Origin: an archaeon
Lineage (GTDB): Archaea; Iainarchaeota; Iainarchaeia; Iainarchaeales; CSSED10-239
NCBI GenBank assembly: GCA_035357435.1
Contig: DAOPNM010000002.1
Location: 1 to 32,000, forward strand
Direction: 5' to 3'
Length of the DNA: 32,000 bases
Shown here in pieces: positions 1-8,167 of the stretch. The first letter of the stretch is position 1. Every line of letters starts with the position of its first letter. Below the pieces are notes generated by a model, which searched no databases, had not been told where the DNA came from, and was given only the letters and a program-made list of their open reading frames with translations. A program made the position numbers and the translations under genes.

Positions 1-1417
1 CAGTGCAAGGATTTGTATTAATTTCTTTATTATATAAACGTTTTGCATTAATTGAACTAGATTCAATAAATGGAAGATCATAAACACCAGCTTTTTGACA
101 AAAATCAACAGAACCAACTACAAGAAACCTTTCATTTTCTAAAATAATTGGATATTTTTGAGGGTTTTCTTTAATAATCTTTAATGCATCTTGGACATCT
201 TTATTCCATTTATATAAAAAAAGAACTTTATTTGTGTCACAATAATATTCCAAATGTTGTATACCAAACGGTTCAGAGGGTTGCCCTAAATAATCCAACA
301 ACACCCATTGATTAGAAACAGTTTGACAAGAAAAAACATCTTTTTCTAATAATTGAGGAGACAAAGAAATATAACTTTCTTTAAAACCATCTGGTTGAGA
401 AGCACAAACAGGAATAATTAAATTAACTCCTAAAAAAATAATTGCTAAAACAGAAAAATGCTTTTGTATAAAACCATTAACTTTTTTGTGTTTAGACAAA
501 AAATAATCAAAACCAAGATATGTAAAATATGCTAAGGGCAAAGTTAAAATAAACAAATATCTTGCTTCTTTAAATGGAGTTGTAAAATAATTAAAAATAC
601 CAAAAATAAAAATAAATAACATAAGTATATTTACTTTCTTATTTGAAACATCTTTCTTAAAAATAGTTTTAAATAAAACAAATAAACCTACAAACAAAAA
701 TGGAAACAAAAAAGATTGTATTTCTAAAAAATGAAGAATGTTGGGTGCTTGTATCATCTCCATTCTAAACAAAACATTTTGGGCATATTGATCTGCAATA
801 CTTGTAAAAAAATTACCAAATTTATAAAAATTATAAACAAACCAAGGAATTAAAGTTAAAACAAATAATCCAATACTAGATATTATTTTTTTAAAAGACT
901 TATGGAACAATAACAAAACACCAAATACTAAAAAAGTGTATCTAGAAAGACCACTTAAGGCAATAAATATACCTGAAAAAACATTATTTTCTAAAATAAA
1001 TGAAATACCTAACATCAGCAAAGAAACACTTAATAACTCTGTACCATTTACTAAAGAATAAAACAAACAAAATGGTGTTAAAAAAATTAAAATAAACAAA
1101 ACAGGATTAAAATGTAAGTTTTTAGATAACCTTAAACAAGAATAAAAAAAAAGAGCAGAAACTAAAATTATAAATAAAACTTCCCCAACTGGAAAACTAA
1201 AAATAAATCCTAAAACACCAAGAAGAAAAGAAGCTAATGGAGGTCTAAATGGTTCAAAATAAAATCCATTTGCAAACCAATATTTTCCATTCATAACATA
1301 TGTTCCAAAATCCCAGGATAAAACATTGACCTTTTGATAAATAAAAAATAAAGTAGTAATTATAAACAAAACAATAAACAACCAATTTTTAGAAAAAAAA
1401 TCTTTTAAATTTTGCAT
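1..1417 (-). CDS. GT-C fold integral-membrane glycosyltransferase (PMT_2/ArnT-like); the C-terminal end runs off the window
   Basis: This ORF is absent from the supplied track. I scanned the minus-strand frame triplet by triplet and found no stop from the ATG at 1417-1415 down to position 2 (about 472 codons). The translation MQNLKDFFSKNWLFIVLFIITTLFF... is multi-pass hydrophobic. It has an early loop FEPFRPPL like the acidic/PPL loop of lipid-phosphate-sugar dependent GT-C enzymes, then a soluble C-terminal domain. It starts 10 nt downstream of the GT2 gene stop. Confidence 0.6.
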   Translation of the reverse strand, partial: MQNLKDFFSKNWLFIVLFIITTLFFIYQKVNVLSWDFGTYVMNGKYWFANGFYFEPFRPPLASFLLGVLGFIFSFPVGEVLFIILVSALFFYSCLRLSKNLHFNPVLFILIFLTPFCLFYSLVNGTELLSVSLLMLGISFILENNVFSGIFIALSGLSRYTFLVFGVLLLFHKSFKKIISSIGLFVLTLIPWFVYNFYKFGNFFTSIADQYAQNVLFRMEMIQAPNILHFLEIQSFLFPFLFVGLFVLFKTIFKKDVSNKKVNILMLFIFIFGIFNYFTTPFKEARYLFILTLPLAYFTYLGFDYFLSKHKKVNGFIQKHFSVLAIIFLGVNLIIPVCASQPDGFKESYISLSPQLLEKDVFSCQTVSNQWVLLDYLGQPSEPFGIQHLEYYCDTNKVLFLYKWNKDVQDALKIIKENPQKYPIILENERFLVVGSVDFCQKAGVYDLPFIESSSINAKRLYNKEINTNPCT

Positions 1418-1427
1418 ATTTTTATCT

Positions 1428-2144
1428 TTACCTTTTGTTTTTTCTAAGATACCAATACATTCTCCATAAACCAGACAAATCCTCTTTAATGGTTTTACCT
1501 ATATGAACAGAACTAGTAGTATCGTCTGCCCAATTTACAGGAACAGAACAAATTTTAAATTTATATTTTTTTTCTGCCAATAACAGTAATTCAGTATCAA
1601 AAAAGAAACCATCATTTTTAATTTCTGGAGAAAGTTGCTCAAAAACAGAACGTTTTATTGCTTTAAAACCACACTGTGCATCAGGGAAAGAAACATTAAA
1701 AAATAATTTAAGTAATAAATTATAAGATTTAGAAACAAATGTTCTTTTAAAACCTCTTTTTACTTTAGATTCTTTACTTAGCCTAGAACCTATTGCTACA
1801 TCATAATCTTCTTTAACTATTTTATTAATCAATATTGGGAAAGCAGAAAGATCTGTTGACAAATCAATATCCATAAATGAATAAATATCAAAATCTTTAT
1901 TTTGCCAAGCTTGCTTTATAGCAAGGCCTTTTCCTTTTTTTGGTAAATATAAATATTTTATATTTTTATAACTTTTTTCTAAATCCTTTCCAATCTTACC
2001 AGTACCATCTGTTGAATTATTATCTGCTATTACAATTTGAAAAGAATAAGGTAAACTTTTTTCTAAAAAAGAATATAACTTGTTAACATTTTTACTTAAT
2101 TGTTTTTCTTCATTATATACAGGTAAAGCTATAAGTATTTTCAT
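1428..2144 (-). CDS. GT2 family glycosyltransferase (dolichyl-phosphate sugar synthase-like)
   Basis: The sequence MKILIALPVYNEEKQL...VIADNNSTDGTG...MDIDLSTD...AIGSRL matches the GT-A fold DxD-type family 2 pattern. I trimmed the start to the ATG at 2144. The 23 hydrophobic codons upstream in the track ORF look like read-through of AT-rich spacer. Confidence 0.85.
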   Translation of the reverse strand: MKILIALPVYNEEKQLSKNVNKLYSFLEKSLPYSFQIVIADNNSTDGTGKIGKDLEKSYKNIKYLYLPKKGKGLAIKQAWQNKDFDIYSFMDIDLSTDLSAFPILINKIVKEDYDVAIGSRLSKESKVKRGFKRTFVSKSYNLLLKLFFNVSFPDAQCGFKAIKRSVFEQLSPEIKNDGFFFDTELLLLAEKKYKFKICSVPVNWADDTTSSVHIGKTIKEDLSGLWRMYWYLRKNKR

Positions 2145-2555
2145 AAAATCCCATTTTACAAAAAAAAATAATTCCACAATTAAAAATAACCAAACAATAA
2201 TTAAAAGACACAAACAATTTATAAAAGAAATGCTAATAACTTTTTAAAATAAAAAATACATTTTGGAAAACATGAACTTAATTTTAAAAATTATATAAAT
2301 ATAGATTTCTCTAATATATGAGTTCAATTATTAAAAAAAGAAGTTACCTAATAAAATATTTAATAAAAAAGAAAAAAAATAATATAAATGTGTCCAAGAT
2401 TTAATGCTTTGAATGAAAAAGATATTTTTTTCTAAAAATAAAACTTTAATTGTTAAAAGATAGGATCCGGACATTTACTCTGTTCCAAAAATAATATATC
2501 CCCACACGTCTATATATCTTTGCCTTTCAAAAATGTGTAATCGGAGTAATAGAAA

Positions 2556-4007
2556 ATGCAGAGATATTTATATTTAACAAATGCAAAATATGATGATGAA
2601 AAAAACAGAATACTTCTCTATCTATCAGACCAAGGGACATCAACCAAAACAAATTATATATATAAAGAAAAATTTAACCCCTTTTTCTTAGTTGATGCTC
2701 CTTCTGATATTATTACACAATTACTTTCTGAATTTAAAAAAGATATAAAAATAGAAACATTAACAACCACCAAAACCAAACTAATTGCAAACAATTTTCA
2801 AACATTACAGAAATGTCACAAAATACTAACAAATTCATTAAACAAAAACATTTTGTTGATTGAACCAGAAAGACAATATCTTATAGAAAAAAATTGGAGT
2901 TATTATGATGTTTTCTTAAATGTTAGTGATAAAATAAAACATATAAAAAACCAAACAAAAATACATGACATTATCAAAGAAACAACAAATGAATTAGAAG
3001 AAATTAAGAAAATTAAAATAATCCCTGAACTTACAAGAAAATTAATTATAAGCAATATTTTAAAAATAAAACCAGAACAGAACATACAAAATGATGAAAT
3101 ATTAAATATATTATTCGAAAACTATTTTTTTAAAAAAAACATAGTTCTAAAAAACAAATCAAAAATACAATTTGAACAAAAAAAAATTAATTTAAAAAAC
3201 ACAATGAATTTAGATTTTTCAAACATTTGGCCACATCTTTTAAAAAAAGAATTTTATAATATAGGATATGAAACTATTGATTGTGACTGTTGCAAACCAA
3301 AAAACATATTTGATACAAACACACTTGCATCTTCTTTTGTAGAAGTAGAATTTATATACAATGGATTTTATTTTATATCAAAAGATAAAGAATGGGCATG
3401 GGAATACCACAACACTAAAGAGAACAAAGATAAAAGACAAAACTATAAATTACAAAATAAATTAAAAGAATATCCAATTGGGCCGTTCTTTAAAGGACAA
3501 AAAGAAAAAATACCATTAATAGATGCTTTGGGTTTAGTGGAGAATAATAACATAATTCTTACAAATGGAGAACATGATCTTCATTGGTTTTGTAAAAAAC
3601 AAGAATCTTTTGTTTCTGAAATTATAAAAGAAATTGAAGAAAAATTAAAAATAATTGAAGAATCTATAAATCTTAGCACTTATATAAACTATTCAAAAGG
3701 TATGAATTTACAATTAGAAAACAATTTAAATTATTTACAATATCTTACAGAATATTCTATATTAAACAATTTATTAGAAGAAATACCTAAATTTATGACA
3801 CACACAAATACAAAATTTTATGATCCCTTAATATCAAAAAGTATAAAAGACATAAAACAACAAACATTTATAAAAATAGAGGGAGAAAACAACAGATTAA
3901 TAGAAAATAAGGAAAATGTATTAGTTAGAGAAAAAACAATATTAATAAAAATAAACAACTATTTCCCAAAAATGAATTTGCCAATACCTAAATTAATTAC
4001 ACAATAA
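2556..4007 (+). CDS. Hypothetical protein, probable degenerate and shortened family-B DNA polymerase homolog
   Basis: Intact 483-codon ORF with GGAG 9 nt upstream of the ATG. Collinear by-eye matches to archaeal PolB are given under findings. The Exo I-III, motif B and motif C regions are absent. Confidence 0.6.
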   Translation: MQRYLYLTNAKYDDEKNRILLYLSDQGTSTKTNYIYKEKFNPFFLVDAPSDIITQLLSEFKKDIKIETLTTTKTKLIANNFQTLQKCHKILTNSLNKNILLIEPERQYLIEKNWSYYDVFLNVSDKIKHIKNQTKIHDIIKETTNELEEIKKIKIIPELTRKLIISNILKIKPEQNIQNDEILNILFENYFFKKNIVLKNKSKIQFEQKKINLKNTMNLDFSNIWPHLLKKEFYNIGYETIDCDCCKPKNIFDTNTLASSFVEVEFIYNGFYFISKDKEWAWEYHNTKENKDKRQNYKLQNKLKEYPIGPFFKGQKEKIPLIDALGLVENNNIILTNGEHDLHWFCKKQESFVSEIIKEIEEKLKIIEESINLSTYINYSKGMNLQLENNLNYLQYLTEYSILNNLLEEIPKFMTHTNTKFYDPLISKSIKDIKQQTFIKIEGENNRLIENKENVLVREKTILIKINNYFPKMNLPIPKLITQ

Positions 4008-4058
4008 TGTCTTTTTAAAGAACTGTTTCTATATAGATACAATAATAATATTTACATA

Positions 4059-4598
4059 TTACAAAGTAAAATAAAGCAAAAGAAATGCAGAAACATTATA
4101 CAACATATGTGCTAAATAATTAGGCCACAAATTGTTTGTTTTTTGGAAGTACCTACCAAGCAAAACCCCTAAAACAAATGCACCAAATATTTCTACAATC
4201 GAACCATAGGCAATATGCATACATGCAAAAATAATACTTGATAAAATAACCCCTATCCTTTTTACCAAAAACCCTCTAAAAAACCATTCTTCGAAAAACA
4301 CCCTTACTATAAAAAGATAAATTAAATATGTTTTTGGCAAACTTAATAATGTTTTAGAAACTAAAGAAAGATCTTGAAATCCAAACAAAGAAAAAACAAA
4401 ACTAAGAAAAAAACTTGTACAAAAAATTAAAAAAAACAAAATACATGTGTGTTTAACTAAAGATTTAAAAGAGATTTTTTTTAAACCTAACTCTTTAAAA
4501 ACATCCTTTATATTTCTAATTTTAAAAACAAAAATAAGAATAAATAATGGTAAAATAAAAAAAAGTATGTCTAAAAAAAAATCAAAGATATTTAACAC
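4059..4598 (-). CDS. CPBP family intramembrane glutamic endopeptidase (CAAX protease/Abi-like)
   Basis: Multi-pass membrane protein carrying the family motifs FFEEWFFRGFL (EExxxR), FACMHIAY (FxxxH) and a distal HMLYN. Confidence 0.8.
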   Translation of the reverse strand: MLNIFDFFLDILFFILPLFILIFVFKIRNIKDVFKELGLKKISFKSLVKHTCILFFLIFCTSFFLSFVFSLFGFQDLSLVSKTLLSLPKTYLIYLFIVRVFFEEWFFRGFLVKRIGVILSSIIFACMHIAYGSIVEIFGAFVLGVLLGRYFQKTNNLWPNYLAHMLYNVSAFLLLYFTL

Positions 4599-4621
4599 CC
4601 ATTAATTTACTTACTATTTAA

Positions 4622-4837
4622 TTATTCCCAAATAGTTAAACCACAACGCCCGCAAGCATATCTTGTTTTTCCAGATTTTTCTTTATGTGCACCCATTTTT
4701 ACGCCTTGCCCACATTTAGAACAATCTTTTCCTAATCTTTCCACTTTATCATCTACAACTTTATAAAATTTATTTTTTTTAACTCTTACAGTTTTCTTTT
4801 TAACTTTTTTCCCTTTTCTTTCTTTTTTATTTGCCAT
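4622..4837 (-). CDS. rps27ae: 30S ribosomal protein S27ae (eS31)
   Basis: Lys-rich N-terminus followed by a zinc ribbon, CSKCGQG...CGRCGLT. The position after S24e is conserved. I chose the ATG at 4837, which is preceded by GTGAT. Confidence 0.9.
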   Translation of the reverse strand: MANKKERKGKKVKKKTVRVKKNKFYKVVDDKVERLGKDCSKCGQGVKMGAHKEKSGKTRYACGRCGLTIWE

Positions 4838-4850
4838 AATCAATCACAAT

Positions 4851-5171
4851 TTATTTTTCATCTTCTATTTTTGTTTGTTCTTTATTTTTTACACTCTTTT
4901 TTTCTGGGAATGTTCTAATTATTTTATAATCTAATTCTATTTGTTTAAGATAGTCTTCAGAATCATACACTTTAACATATGCTTGTGAAATATTTCTTCC
5001 AAAATCTTGAGAGATCTTATCTACTACTATTAAATTTTCATCAACACCCATTAATGCAGCAATCTTTTTAACTAACTCTTGTCTAGATGGGGTTTTTGTA
5101 GATTTTATTTTTGCAAGAACATTTGTTCTGTGTAAAAGTTCATTTTTTGATTTTGTTATTTCTATATCCAT
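4851..5171 (-). CDS. rps24e: 30S ribosomal protein S24e
   Basis: The sequence NELLHRTNV...TPSRQELVKKIAALMGVDENLIVVDKI...FGRN...AYVKVYDS is the typical S24e pattern. AGGTGGA lies upstream of the ATG. Confidence 0.9.
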   Translation of the reverse strand: MDIEITKSKNELLHRTNVLAKIKSTKTPSRQELVKKIAALMGVDENLIVVDKISQDFGRNISQAYVKVYDSEDYLKQIELDYKIIRTFPEKKSVKNKEQTKIEDEK

Positions 5172-5189
5172 ATATTTCCACCTTTTATT

Positions 5190-5414
5190 TTATCTACTTA
5201 ATCTTAATGCATATTTTCCAGGAGTAGACACACCCATTGCCTTTGCAACTTCTGATTTTTCAGGATCAATTATAACAGCCATACCTTTCCAAAATGTTGT
5301 AAACGTGGTATTCCCACATACAGGGCATTCTAAAATTTCTGATTTCTTCTTATTTTTTGGATTATCCTGTTCTTCAATTATATATCTACATTTTCTACAA
5401 ACTTTCTTTGTCAT
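5190..5414 (-). CDS. spt4: Transcription elongation factor Spt4 (RpoE'')
   Basis: Zinc ribbon CRKCRY...CPVCG followed by WKGMAVIIDPEKSEVAKAMGVSTPGKYALRL. The position after Rpo7 is conserved. Confidence 0.85.
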   Translation of the reverse strand: MTKKVCRKCRYIIEEQDNPKNKKKSEILECPVCGNTTFTTFWKGMAVIIDPEKSEVAKAMGVSTPGKYALRLSR

Positions 5415-5445
5415 TTCAAATCACATTTTTAACAAAACATTTTTT

Positions 5446-6060
5446 TTATTTTGCCACCTTTTTTTTCTTTACTTGTGGTTTCTCTTCTTTTTTAGAGGTT
5501 TTCTTTTTTTCCTTTTTTATATCTTCTTTAAGCCATTCTTGTTTTCCTAGACCTAATTGTCTCATTGTTAAACCTATTTTAGAATCAGCAAGTGTTGATC
5601 TAAAACTAACACTTACAACTCTTGTTAACACATGGTCTCCTACTTTCAAAACTCTTTTTGTTTCTTTTGAAATAAAGCCAGGCAATTCTGGATTATAAGA
5701 ATTAAATTCAGACATAATCTGAGAAATATGGCAAAGCCCTTCACATGGGCCTATTGAAATAAATGCACCAAAATCAGTTGCTTGTTTTACCTCACCATAA
5801 ACAACTTCATGTAATTTTGGGAGAAATGAAATTACAGAAAATTTTACTTTATAAAAAACATTTGGATCATTAGGAACAATTTCGCCTTCATCATAATCTA
5901 AAACATCTGTAACTGCAATAATTAAACCAATATTTTTATCAATTGTCCCTTCATAATCTGCACATAATTGCTGTTTAATAATATCTTTTAACTCACCAAT
6001 AAGATTAAGTGGAGATACTGCAATAATTCCATCAAGATCATATCTTTTATAACCCATCAT
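5446..6060 (-). CDS. rpoE: DNA-directed RNA polymerase subunit Rpo7 (E') with S1 domain and Lys-rich tail
   Basis: S1-fold segment VYGEVKQATDFGAFISIGPCEGLCHISQI and conserved neighbourhood. The start is trimmed to the ATG-ATG at 6060, because the track start at 6084 is a TTG. The C-terminal roughly 30 residues are K/E-rich. Confidence 0.9.
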   Translation of the reverse strand: MMGYKRYDLDGIIAVSPLNLIGELKDIIKQQLCADYEGTIDKNIGLIIAVTDVLDYDEGEIVPNDPNVFYKVKFSVISFLPKLHEVVYGEVKQATDFGAFISIGPCEGLCHISQIMSEFNSYNPELPGFISKETKRVLKVGDHVLTRVVSVSFRSTLADSKIGLTMRQLGLGKQEWLKEDIKKEKKKTSKKEEKPQVKKKKVAK

Positions 6061-6115
6061 TTCACCATTAATAATTATTCCCAAACAATTTATAATTAAT
6101 ACTATTTATTTCAAT

Positions 6116-6511
6116 TTAAACAAAAACAGCAGACTTTTCTTTTAAAACAAATACTCTCCCATTCTTGTTTTTTATTTTTTCTTTTAATTTTCTATCATTT
6201 GTATATATTATATATTCATCAGATAAATATAATAATATATCATCTACTTTATATTTTTTTAAAATACTCTTATCAACTTTTAAAATTTCAAACTTATTTG
6301 CTGAATGCAATTTTTCTAAAAAATTTAAAAACAATCTTTTTTTATTAACCTTATTTTTAAACACATTTTCTATTTCTGTATATATTTCATCTAAAACATA
6401 AAATTTTACATCAGGTATTATTTTTTCTACAAACTCAAATATGTCTCGTTTAGATTCATACATGTATATTAAAACATTAGTATCAATCAAAACTTTATTT
6501 AACTTCTCCAT
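6116..6511 (-). CDS. PIN-domain protein (Fcf1/COG1412-like)
   Basis: N-terminal LIDTNVLIYMYE acidic PIN signature. It occupies the conserved slot between aIF2gamma and Rpo7, and its start overlaps the aIF2gamma 3' end by 17 nt. Confidence 0.8.
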   Translation of the reverse strand: MEKLNKVLIDTNVLIYMYESKRDIFEFVEKIIPDVKFYVLDEIYTEIENVFKNKVNKKRLFLNFLEKLHSANKFEILKVDKSILKKYKVDDILLYLSDEYIIYTNDRKLKEKIKNKNGRVFVLKEKSAVFV

Positions 6512-7703
6512 ACCCTGATAATCTCCAACGATTATTTACATTCCTACTAATTGCAACCTTTTCATTTTTATAATAAACACAAGATTTATTTAAAGACAAT
6601 TCTAAAACATTTCCTTTAAGTTTCAAAATAACACCTAAATATGCTTGTGAACCTATTACAACAACTAATTTTTCACCAACACTAAATGGTGTTTTATTTG
6701 AGTCAACTAATGCATCTATCTTTGTATAAACTAAATCTATTTTTTGTGAAACAAATGGTTTTGATTCTTCAGTACACAAAATCTCACCAACCATTTTATC
6801 ACCTACACAAAAAAATGGATCTATATCTGTACCTACTGCAATTAAACCACCTGGATGAACAGATTCATAAGATACATCTTCTGCATTTAATGATTTTATT
6901 TTAATCTCTATTGGCTTAGAAATACCAGGATATAACCATACTTTATCACCAACAGACAATTTACCTTGAATAACTGTTCCACCCAAAACTCCACCTTTTA
7001 AATCTTCTATCTTTGTACCAGGTTTATTAATATCAAAAGATCTAATTATCCTCATTTTCAAAGGTGCATTTAAATCGTGCTCTGGCGTAGGAATTGTATC
7101 CAATAATGCATAAATTAATGCATCTATATTAGTATCAAAATGTGCAGATGTGGGGATAATTGGAGCATCATTATATCCTTCATTATCTAAAAATGCCCTA
7201 AGTTTTAAATATTGCTCTTTTGCCTTTTGTTTTGAAACTAAATCTATTTTATTTAATGCAACAACCAAATGTTTTATCCCATGTATTTTTAATGCATTAA
7301 GATGTTCAACAGTTCTTGGTTGTGGTATATCCTCATTTACTGCTACAACTAATAGACCGCCATCTAAAAGAGTAGCACCAGACAACATCACAGCCATTAA
7401 TGTTTCATGTCCAGGAGAATCTACAAATGAAATTTTTTTCAAAAACTCTGTATTACTGTTACAATATTTACATACTTGTGAATTTGTATAAGCTTGTAAA
7501 CCCTTACATTTTGGGCATTTATAAAAAGAGACATCTGCATAACCTAATTTTATAGAAATCCCTTGTTTTATTTCTTCAGAATGCTTTGATGCCCATTTAT
7601 TAGTAATCTTTGAAACTAAGGTAGTTTTCCCATGATCTACATGGCCAATTACACCAATATTTAATTCTGATTGAACATTTTCTACTTTTTGTTTTGTTGT
7701 CAT
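6495..7703 (-). CDS. eif2g: Translation initiation factor aIF2 gamma subunit
   Basis: G1 motif GVIGHVDHGKTTL, zinc knuckle CPKCKG...CKYCNS, DSPGHE and NKIDL. GGAGAT lies upstream of the ATG. Confidence 0.95.
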   Translation of the reverse strand: MTTKQKVENVQSELNIGVIGHVDHGKTTLVSKITNKWASKHSEEIKQGISIKLGYADVSFYKCPKCKGLQAYTNSQVCKYCNSNTEFLKKISFVDSPGHETLMAVMLSGATLLDGGLLVVAVNEDIPQPRTVEHLNALKIHGIKHLVVALNKIDLVSKQKAKEQYLKLRAFLDNEGYNDAPIIPTSAHFDTNIDALIYALLDTIPTPEHDLNAPLKMRIIRSFDINKPGTKIEDLKGGVLGGTVIQGKLSVGDKVWLYPGISKPIEIKIKSLNAEDVSYESVHPGGLIAVGTDIDPFFCVGDKMVGEILCTEESKPFVSQKIDLVYTKIDALVDSNKTPFSVGEKLVVVIGSQAYLGVILKLKGNVLELSLNKSCVYYKNEKVAISRNVNNRWRLSGYGEVK

Positions 7704-7729
7704 TGTTTATATCTCCACTAATATATCTA

Positions 7730-8116
7730 TTAATTCTTTTCTGGTTTACTTTTAGAATATTTCTCTTCTAAAATTTTTGTATCACCAGAAATTATTTTCA
7801 AATTTATTTCTTGAATATTTGGCGTTATTATTCTTCCTGCAACTCTTTTTCTTTTTCTTTCACCTTTATTCTTAGTTTTAAAAGCAATACCTTTTGGAAG
7901 AAAAACTTTTTTAGTTTCAGTAACATCTAATGATGGATACATTGGGAAACCTTGTTTATCTCTTCCACCAGTAATTTCTGCTTTTAAATCTGGAGAAATA
8001 AAAGTTAAAGAAACCTTATCACTTATTTTTTTATTTAAAAAATTTAAACTATTTTTTTCATCAACCTCTACACAATATGTTTTAGTTGTCTTTGGATCTG
8101 AAAGATTTAGTTTCAT
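7730..8116 (-). CDS. rps6e: 30S ribosomal protein S6e
   Basis: MKLNLSDPKTTKTY...ITGGRDKQGFPM matches S6e. The ATG at 8116 is preceded by AGGTGA, whereas the track start at 8125 is a GTG with no SD. Confidence 0.9.
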   Translation of the reverse strand: MKLNLSDPKTTKTYCVEVDEKNSLNFLNKKISDKVSLTFISPDLKAEITGGRDKQGFPMYPSLDVTETKKVFLPKGIAFKTKNKGERKRKRVAGRIITPNIQEINLKIISGDTKILEEKYSKSKPEKN

Positions 8117-8167
8117 ATAATTCACCTTTTTATTTTTTTTCTAAATAATATACTATACATACATTTT

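Noticed and set aside
2319-2405. A 28-codon Lys-rich ORF (MSSIIKKRSYLIKYLIKKKKNNINVSKI) that ends inside the GTGTCCAAGA motif, considered as a possible conserved micro-protein explaining the motif.
   Set aside because: At the second motif copy (18675), the corresponding frame has no start codon after an in-frame stop at 18618-18620. The shared sequence is therefore not a shared ORF.
2466-2512. A possible relic of the ksgA 3' end in the 2214-2555 spacer. The minus strand encodes D-V-W-G, like KsgA ...QDVWD, and shares TCCGGAC and CCCACAC with 18731-18758.
   Set aside because: The shared words are in a different order in the two loci and no longer collinear alignment is visible. It is recorded as a caveat under the motif findings rather than called a pseudogene.
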